The position numbers and the translations under genes are program-made. A stretch of 59,204 nt of DNA, counting the filler, from Sphacelaria rigidula (lineage: Eukaryota), in NCBI GenBank assembly GCA_964200075.2. It is 7 parts of 7 records of this genome, joined end to end, with 100 filler letters (N's around TTAATTAATTAA, not from the genome) between each part and the next. Parts side by side here need not be neighbours in the genome. Positions count along the whole stretch, not along the records: positions 50,833 to 59,204 come from CAXNAA020011357.1; 6 more parts are not named here. The stretch is one strand, 5' to 3'. The notes under the pieces are model-generated. The model was not told the origin of the DNA, did not search any database, and saw only the letters and a list, made by a program, of their open reading frames with translations. Each line of letters begins with the position of its first letter. The first letter of the stretch is position 1. Below are positions 51,204 to 59,204 of the stretch, one piece after another.

Positions 51204-51242
<39 letters not shown>
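51204..51242. repeat. (TG)n microsatellite
   Basis: Direct dinucleotide run. Confidence 0.95.
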
Positions 51243-51244
<2 letters not shown>

Positions 51245-52881
51245 CCCTTTATCGAATGAAATTGCAAAGTCTTGCCAATCCCAGCGGCTCCGGCAGTAGT
51301 TGCTCTCGAACAAAAATGGCCGCAAAACGGGTGACTCTGCCGTATCAGCCCGGTAGATCATACTTGCGCACTGGCGGGACAGAGTAAAAAGGCAGCAGTC
51401 GATATTTTGCTGGTGATTCCCTGGTCTATGAACACTTTCTGCAAAATAGTCTAGTGTTGATACTATCAAATGTGTCGATTTACTCTGTACGAGACAGCGC
51501 TTTTTGGCTGCTGTGTTGTTGAGGTTTTCCCAGGAAGCGCCGTGTCGCTTACGCCATGGAATGTTTTGACGGTGAGATCCACATGTTCTGTGCGCGGCTG
51601 AGTGTAATGCGTGTCATGTGTGTGGTGGGTGGGTCATCACTTTGAACCGGCCCCTGTTCTCGAATAGAGTCGGTTACCTCTCAAGGCATCAACTCGTTTC
51701 TCTCTCAGCACACACTTTACATCTTGGTATCGTGGTTTGGATCATGACGCAATACTCTCGCATGGCGTCAACTCTCGTCAAATCCATTCTCGTTTTTTGC
51801 TACTTCACGTCCCCACGTTTTCGATATAATCTTCGGGAGATTGTTAGATATTCCCAAGGGGGGGGGGGGGGGGTGGACCCAGACCCGCATCTGCCCGGAT
51901 CCGAAACCTTTTTCTTCCGCTCCGACTGGTTATATCTATTTAATTTTTAGCACCGGGGGGGCGTGATCACATGCCGCAACCTCGATGTCACAGAATTTGA
52001 TCACTATTGCAACCTCATCTTCGCGACATGTAGCGACGGTTAGCGAAGGCCTGGCGTATCGCTCCGTCCCTCGCCTCATTTGGAGGGACCCGAAGTCAAG
52101 TCAGTCGTATGCGTGATGGTCTCGGCAAGCGGTCCACATCCATGGGTACTACATGAAGAGGGACACTACGGTGGGGGTGCACAAATATTTTCCGAGGTTG
52201 GAATTGTTGGGAGCCCTTCATCTCATCCAAAACACGACTTATGAAATATGTGAGAGTACGCCAGGATTACTATTCCGATGTGCTAGGGATTTCCCGAATG
52301 AATTTCTTGTGCATCTAGAATCGTCAGAAGCCCCTGGACCAGACAAGATTTCGGGCAAAAAGTGCACCCCTACCGTAGCATTGCTCTGAACCCGATATTC
52401 CTTGAGGTTATCGAGATCATGAGAAGCTGTCAGCATGTTACCCAGGCTGTGTGTGTGCGTGTGCGTGTGTAAGGGTATGTGTGCCGTGTTGACGCTCTTC
52501 ATCAGATTTCCGTGTTAGGTTCTGGCGTCTATTCGGTGTCCCGAAGAAGTTGCGCGGCCTATCCCTACAAGGAAAATACTCGCAGTGCCTCCGCCAACCA
52601 CCCTTCATCAACGGCATAAGGATAACAAATAATACATGGCTCGACACATCCGGTGGTAGCTGGTGCTGGTGCTGAAAGATCAATTTTTAATTTGGTTTTA
52701 GAGCTCCGGGACGTCATGAATGATGAGCGTTTTTCAAGAACTCGCGCAAGAAAAAATGAAGGGCAAAAAACAATCGAGCTATTAGTGTGTACGTCGCCCA
52801 GTTTTGTGTCGACCGTTTCTTGGACCGCGGGATATTGCGGGGAGCTATCGGTAGCTTAGTACAGGAGCAGTAGCTGCCGCA

Positions 52882-53243
52882 CGTATGTATGTATATATTA
52901 TGTATTGCCATTCCATTTATTCTGGACGCCGGTTTACACCTTTCGGTGTATGTGGGCGCACTAGCCAGGGTCACACAGGAGGAAGGTCAACACAGGAGTG
53001 TTTTTTTTTCGTAGTACCCCACCTTCCTTCTGCGGTGCTCGCTTTTATTTTTTGTCGCGAGAGGGGTTCAGCCCTCCCTTTCCCTCGTCAACCGTAAAGT
53101 CGAGTTTTGTGTACACGCGATATAGTCGCTCTCCACTGTTGGAAATGGTGTGATGAAAAATCCCAGATCGCTCGGAGATTCGAACCCACGACCCAACCGT
53201 CAGAAGGTTTCGAGGTTACCAACTGAGCCACCGGGGCGACCAG
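52882..53243 (-). mobile_element. Full-length tRNA-derived SINE (~360 bp)
   Basis: Reverse complement ggtcgccccggTGGCTCAGTTGGtaacc..gtgGGTTCGAATCTCC (Pol III A and B boxes), ~250-bp body, and an (ATAC)n-like tail. Confidence 0.85.
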
Positions 53244-53797
53244 TTCTTGCATGGCATTCAACTTTTAGTAACAACTCCACTTGTGGCGTACGTGGGATCA
53301 AAGTAAACAACACCCTTTGCGACCGACAGAAAGGGCTCGTATTTCACGATCAGACTATGTGCGTTCCGCCTCTCCCCATCACTTTTTGTGAGTGTCGCCC
53401 CCCTCCATGAGCACCATGCGCGTAAAAGGCAAGCGTGCTGAATACATGCTCCCGGTGCTCACGTTCCGAAGCGCTCCGTTTACAAGTGAGCAGATTTGTC
53501 GCGATTGGGCCATTCACCCGTGAATCGAGGCGTTGTGTTTTCATTCTTGAGTATACAATACATACCTTACGGCAAGGGTACCGGACGGTCCTGCTCGAGA
53601 ATTTCCATGTTTTGGCTACTTCTATCTACAGCTGATGCCGTGTACTGTACTACCATGTTAAGCATTGGCTTCATCGATTGGTTGACTGCGGTACATCAAT
53701 TACCATGTCAGCAATGTATTCTCGACGTGTTCGATATCCTTGTTCCTTCAGGTATACTGTTGCGGCTGTCCTGGTCAAGTTCCCCCCCCCCCAACTT

Positions 53798-53880
53798 GCT
53801 CCGTCTCGAAAGGGATGCGTGACCAATAGCCAAACGACTAAGGCAAGCAGCAAATGAGTACGCCCCTCCCCCCATCCCAA
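53798..53880 (+). mobile_element. ~66-nt LINE 3'-end stub between C-runs (MED7 intron)
   Basis: gctccgtctcgaaagggatgcgtgaccaatagccaaacgactaaggcaagcagcaaatgagtacgcccctcccc. Confidence 0.85.
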
Positions 53881-53955
53881 CCTCCGATCACTCCAACCCA
53901 CGTGGTTCGATGTGCATGGCACACGTGCCCTCTATTTTGTTCGTGCGCCGGACAG

Positions 53956-54095
53956 CCGGTCACCTTGGAACTGCTGCCGCCAGAGAAAGTCGTCGTTCCG
54001 CCCGCGGACAAGCCGATAGATTTCAGGGTTGAGCTCAAGGCGCTTCTGAACAGCATCATGGCCAACTACGTGCAGTTCATGGAAATGCTTGTGAG
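53956..54095 (+). CDS. MED7: Mediator complex subunit 7, internal exon (5' exons not identified)
   Basis: PVTLELLPPEKVVVPPADKPIDFRVELKALLNSIMANYVQFMEMLV resembles MED7 IDxKxELxKLNxSIxxNFLxLLDxL; AG/GTGAGT boundaries. Confidence 0.85.
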
Positions 54096-55189
54096 GTGAG
54101 TGACGAGCGGTAGGGCCTACAACGGCTGCCGCCAAATGCGGGGAGATGAAAAAATGAAACAAACAGTACAGTCGAGGTCCTGTTATAGTGCGGTTCCTTG
54201 TAACGTGCGGTCAAGATCGATTGCCACGTGGTTTATCGGCTCTTCGTACTGCTATCGAGTGACTGCACAGTATAAGTATGGTCCAGTCACGCCGGGCTGG
54301 TGACTCGCAGCACTATGGCGAGATCTCCACTGCATGAGTTCTCCACAACGCGAAGTTTGGACATTTGTTCCATTGTACAGTGTAATATATATATATTACC
54401 TTGAAGGAAGGAGGAAACCTGACCCAGCACTTACCCCGCAAGCGGGTTTATGTACCGACTACCAGGAGGCTCGGCTGGACGGCCTCACGGCAGTCATATG
54501 GCGTAGGCGCCTTGAACGTTCGCAAGCTTTGGTCAAGGCAGTGTGGGGGACCGACCCACTGAAACCCCCCGTCAAGTCGGTGTAGTGCACATGCCCCGCC
54601 CTACTCTTTTGAGCTTCGGCCCTAGGTTATGCAGCTAAAGCTAGATCAGAGAGGTGGTGTGTCACTCCTACACTATGCTTGATTGTTCTGCACCGAGATC
54701 ATTTTATGTCTGTCCCCAACCATGTTTTCGGTCAGCCTCACGTGATGCCCTTTCGTTAAACATGTGCCGGGAGGTTGCTAAAAAATTATGTTAGCCTTCT
54801 CTTCCCCCCCCCTTTTTTTTATCCGTTAAACGTTGAACCCCTTGCCTTCCTCGGGACAAATGCGTGGTCTCGCGGATTGGATGAGCTTGTCAATTTGTTT
54901 CTTCCCTACTGAAGTCCTAACCCTTTCACCAAGGGAAATCAGGTACCAGTACTTTGTAGGAAATAGTCGAACACATGTAGTGGGAATCGAAGCCGCCTTC
55001 TTTTCACCCTAATGGTTTCGGTTGTGCCGCCCGCGCTCTTGATTTTTCGTAGTCAGGGATGTTCCGCATGAAAACCGAAAAATACTAGATGGTTCTAGTT
55101 TGGAACCAAAGTGAATCGCCCGAGATCGAAGAGAACCAACCCCCCGAGACGGAATCGGGCTGGGAAGGACCAGGGGGAGGGGGTGTACT

Positions 55190-55470
55190 TCTGATATTGC
55201 ATGCCGTAGTCATAAGACCACTGACCTCGCATCACTTCAAAGCCGGGACGGAGTACGCCGAGTTTTCGCCGGCCCGGCTCGCAGTCAGTTACCAAGCGCG
55301 AAGCGCTGTGATGTGTTCGGCGAGTCGCATGAAGGGTGAGCTGCATCTTGCTGAAATTGTTCGGCCCGAAGCCTACTGATGCGGATTTCAGCCTCGAATG
55401 AGTTGCTTTATGTCTAGCGTCACCACTTCCAGAGACAGCGTCGTCGCCAACCGATGCCAATCCTTCAAAA
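55190..55470. repeat. Inverted copy of the dispersed 22949 / 57175-58145 repeat family
   Basis: Reverse-complement match to 57452-57625 and 57660-57695. Confidence 0.8.
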
Positions 55471-56121
55471 GGAGCGGGGAGGGGGGGGGGAGTGAATAGA
55501 CAGTCGTGGTTCATGAAAAGAACAACACATTCGTGTTGACCAGATCGTAAACTCTCACATCTTGGGAAAAACTGGCGGAAGTACAGCCGACCCAACTTGT
55601 GGCAACAATATACCGTTTCTCGTGTGTCGACTTGATAACATCCGGCCAAGTTTCAGCAACTTTTTCACAAGTGAAGATTTGAAAGAATCGAAATCGGTGT
55701 CCTTTCTCGCTTTCCCGCAGACAATTGCTAAATGGAACTTTATAGCCTGGCTGAATGGAGTTGCATTGAAAAGTTGGACATGTCATATCGTTCCCACGAA
55801 TAAGAGGACTTCAGTCCTCTTCTGCTCGGGGTGTGTTGGCTGAATAGGTCATCGCTGAGGTCAGAACGGCAGGAAACTAGGTTGCATGGTCCAAGATATG
55901 AGAGAGAACCGAAGATACGATTCGTTCGTTTTCACGAATATGTTGTTCGGACTGGTATTGGGCGGTTTAGGGAGACATTAGACGCCAACTCAATAGCACT
56001 GTTGTGACTACAAAATAAAAATAAAAAATTGATCTGATGTTATGTTTTTTCTGCCCCACTTGTTTCCCTGGTTCTTGCCTCACGTCCCTCTCTCGTGTGG
56101 TTTGGGCAAAAAAACGGACAG

Positions 56122-56212
56122 CTCGCCGTCCCGCGCGCACGAAAAGCTATCGGATCTGGAGACCCTTTTTGTCAACATGCACAGCCTCTTGAACCGGTAT
56201 CGCTCCCATCAG
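56122..56212 (+). CDS. MED7: Mediator complex subunit 7, internal exon
   Basis: SPSRAHEKLSDLETLFVNMHSLLNRYRSHQ resembles EKLEDLxLLFxxMHHLxNEYRPHQ; phases 2/0 are consistent. Confidence 0.92.
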
Positions 56213-57174
56213 GTGAGACCATGAAGACGATCATATCAAATGGTTTGCTATTCATTCGCCAAGGTATAAAACGACACAGCCAAACACGAAATAGCAATAG
56301 TTGGTCGACCTGAGCGGGGCGGGGGTTTCTCTTCTTTTTTTTTCAATTCAGGACCGACACCAATCCTTTGAGCGGCATTTTTCATGCGCGTGTGTGTGTG
56401 TGTGTGTGTGTTTGTGTGTGTGTTTTTTTGCCCTTATGGTGGCAAAAATCATTTCTTTGAAAAAAACGTCTTGTAGCCCCCCCCTCCCCCTCTCCCCATC
56501 CTGTAGCTTTCAGTCATTGAAGAGCTAGCAAAAACGAAACGCATATTGACTATCCCCGTCCCATAATTAGTCTGTACTAGCCTAAATATTGTATGATTCG
56601 GATATTTTTTTCCTTCAATCTTGCCGCGGGTCAGAGGAGCCCCGGTCTGGGTTTTGGGTTTCATGCGCCAGGTGCCCGGCAGCGCTGTAGACACGCCACT
56701 CGGAAACAGATCCCAGTAGTCATTAATAATCTGTATATCGTAGCATGTGCCTTCCGTGTGAGTTTAGCCACCATTTCATCGCTCGGCATACGGGCTAAGC
56801 GCGTTGTACAGGCTCTGAATACCGTAGAAATAGATAATGACCGAGCACAATCGACTCGTGATCTTCGGTTTCGTGGATCGCGTGGAGCGACGATTTACAT
56901 AACAAGCCAGGTAGTATTGATGGAAAGCCGTACTTGCAGGCTTCTCCCTGATGTCCGTACTATGAGTACATACGTAGTTGGTGCCGAGGGAACAGCGAAA
57001 CACCCAGACAAGAAATGCTCCGATACGTGTTTTACGTGTTTTGGAGACCTCAAGTCATGAATGAACCACCAATAGACATCCCTCCGTTGGTAGGCTCTTG
57101 ACGAGAGCTTTCATTCGATATAAGTTTCTGCGTTGGAATCTCCGCCCCACCAGTCATTGAAGAAAAAAAACGTT

Positions 57175-58145
57175 GGCGTCGGTTGGCGATGATGCTGTAA
57201 AACACGCTACTCACTGCGTGAGCTAGGCAACCAGGTAACCGATTTTTTTCGGCGCGCTTGCGTTTTTTTCTGCGGTAATCGTGACGGTGGCCGAGCTAGA
57301 TCATATTGTGCGGGGTGGGATAACCTCAACTCCGCGCAAAGGAGATGATCGTACTATGTAGTGTTTAAAAGGTGAGACACTCACGAGGCAGTGTATAAGC
57401 CGTGGCTGTATCAGGAAGTGACGAGACCAGAAAATGAAGCAACTGATAATAATCAGTACGCTTCGGGCGAAACAATGTTGGCAGGATGCAGCTCACCCTT
57501 CATGCGACTCGCGGCGCTTCGCGCTTGGTGATTGCAAGCCTGGTCCGGCGAAAATCCGGCGTGCTCCGTCCCGGCTTTGTAGGGATGCGAGGTTGATGGC
57601 CATGTGACGACGGCATGCAAGATGATGAGCATCCCCTCCCGTCTCCCTCCCGTCTCCCTCTTTGGAGGTTTGGCGCCGGTTGGCAAGGACGCTGTAAAAC
57701 ATGCCACTCACTGCGTAAGCTAGACAACCATATTTCCGTTTTTCTTCTCGAGTGCGTTTTTTCGCGGTAGCCATGCGAGCTAGATCATATCGTGCAGGGT
57801 AGAGAACCTCAACTCCGCGCGAAGGGGAAAATCGTACTACGTCGTGATTGACTGGTGAGACACCCATGTGGCAGTGTGTAACCCGTGGCTTGTCTCTGGA
57901 TGTGGCTATACCAGAAACTAAAGCAACGCATTCGAGGCTGTCATCCTTTGCAAGATGATCAGTACGCTTCGGGTCGAACCGTCTCAGCAGGATGCAGCTC
58001 TCCCTTCGCGCGACTCGCCGAATACATCATGGCGCTTCACGCTTGGTGATCGATTGCGAACGTGGTCCGGCGAAAACCCGGCGTCCTCCGTCCAGGCTTT
58101 GTAGGGATGCGAGGTCGATAGCCTTATGACTAGGGCATGCAATAT
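57175..58145. repeat. Two tandem, diverged ~500-bp units in the last MED7 intron
   Basis: 57175-57625 and 57670-58145 are collinear (ttggcg.cggttggc..gctgtaaaaca..ctcactgcgt..cgagctagatcatat..aacctcaactccgcgc..cagtacgcttcggg..). Confidence 0.85.
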
Positions 58146-58290
58146 CATTAGTACATCCCCCCCCCCCCCCCCCCTCATGACCCTTCCATACATTCGGCAC
58201 CCCCGCTAATTCAATTTTTTTCATGACTTTATTTTTCCTTCGGTTGACGCGACTTGCGCAATGCATCCCCCCCCCCACTCTCCCTCCTCA

Positions 58291-58390
58291 CTCCGTCTCG
58301 AAAGGGATGCATGGTCAATGGTCATACGACTGAGGCGAGCAACAAATGATTACGCCCCTCCCCTCCCCCCCACCCCCCCCTCCCTCCGTC
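58291..58390 (+). mobile_element. ~66-nt LINE 3'-end stub between C-runs, abutting the MED7 acceptor
   Basis: ctccgtctcgaaagggatgcatggtcaatggtcatacgactgaggcgagcaacaaatgattacgcccctcccc. Confidence 0.85.
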
Positions 58391-58404
58391 CCAAATCACG
58401 ATAG

Positions 58405-58638
58405 GCCCGACACTTGCTGTTAGAACGACTGCGAAGGCAAGCGGAGGAACATGCTGCCGTTACGACGGCTCTCGAGGCTGCCATGGTTGAGTGCCAATCC
58501 GAGCGGTTGCAGGCCGAGAACATCCTCGTCAAGCTCAGGGCGGCTGCCGGGGAAGGCAGCGGCGGCAAAGATGCAGCAGGTGGCGAAGCAGCACCAGTAG
58601 GTACTCCCGCCGCTGCGTTGGACGCGCTCGCGTGTTGA
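58405..58638 (+). CDS. MED7: Mediator complex subunit 7, terminal exon
   Basis: TAG|ARHLLLERLRRQAEE...DALAC*; completes the conserved HQ|AR motif. Confidence 0.9.
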   Translation, partial: ARHLLLERLRRQAEEHAAVTTALEAAMVECQSERLQAENILVKLRAAAGEGSGGKDAAGGEAAPVGTPAAALDALAC

Positions 58639-59204
58639 TGTGTATTATGTCCGGCGATGCGCACCACTCTTACGAACATCCTTCTTTGACAAGAAACAAG
58701 AAAGGAGCTTCAGCACGGAGACCATTTAGGTTCTGCCTGCCTGCCTTTTGTGTGGCGCATGACCAGTTGAGAGCTACTTGCTGTAGGCCTTGATGAAATC
58801 ACTTGCGTGGCAGCTCCATACAGAAGGCAGCTTTTTCACCCCCTGTGCTGTGACTAGTATGTACTATATATTAGTCATGCTTCGTTTGTTTTCTCCCTTT
58901 GTACAGGAAATGGACGTCCGTAGGCCTTGATTCCCATAGAAAGTTATTCCGAAAATCGTGTGCCTGCCACGTTGTGATGGTTCACCCGTCCCTGTATCAA
59001 CTAGCGATAGGTCGGCATTTTTGGAAGGGAAAAAATATGCCCAGCATGTGTATGCGTTGGAAAAATTAGAGTATGACCCAAACGCGGTACAATGTATTCT
59101 TGAGACATCAACTGTACACAGTAGACTTCACCACTCGGTAGTTGACAGATAGTTCTCGGAAATTTCCGGTTTGTGGACAGGTGCAGTATTGGATTTTAGT
59201 GTGG

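Noticed and set aside
57440-57480. Hammerhead ribozyme in the tandem repeat (ctgata...gaaac)
   Set aside because: The core does not match CUGANGA and is not conserved in the other copies.

Overview
Eukaryotic nuclear DNA, repeat-rich and intron-rich. It is most likely a brown alga (Phaeophyceae); this is inferred from ochrophyte-type mitochondrial remnants, the LINE family present and the gene architecture. The window is not one locus. It is seven segments of exactly 8372 bp (1-8372, 8473-16844, 16945-25316, 25417-33788, 33889-42260, 42361-50732, 50833-59204) joined by 100-bp N44-TTAATTAATTAA-N44 linkers, so adjacency across linkers carries no biological meaning. Recognisable host genes are all partial: three myosin motor-domain exons, a type II membrane galactose-3-O-sulfotransferase-like gene with a very long acidic stalk, three MED7 exons, and fragments of three unknown genes. 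Segment 1 carries a decayed ~2.5-kb mitochondrial insert (rps13-rps11-trnY-cob-atp6). Its cob looks unusually divergent, and its conserved codons show many T>C changes. The rest is mostly transposon-derived: hAT-, piggyBac-, Tc1/mariner- and Harbinger-like MITEs, a tRNA-derived SINE, Ty1/copia remnants, a LINE 3' end, and ~66-nt LINE-tail stubs lodged in C-tracts. Most ORFs in the supplied track are spurious.
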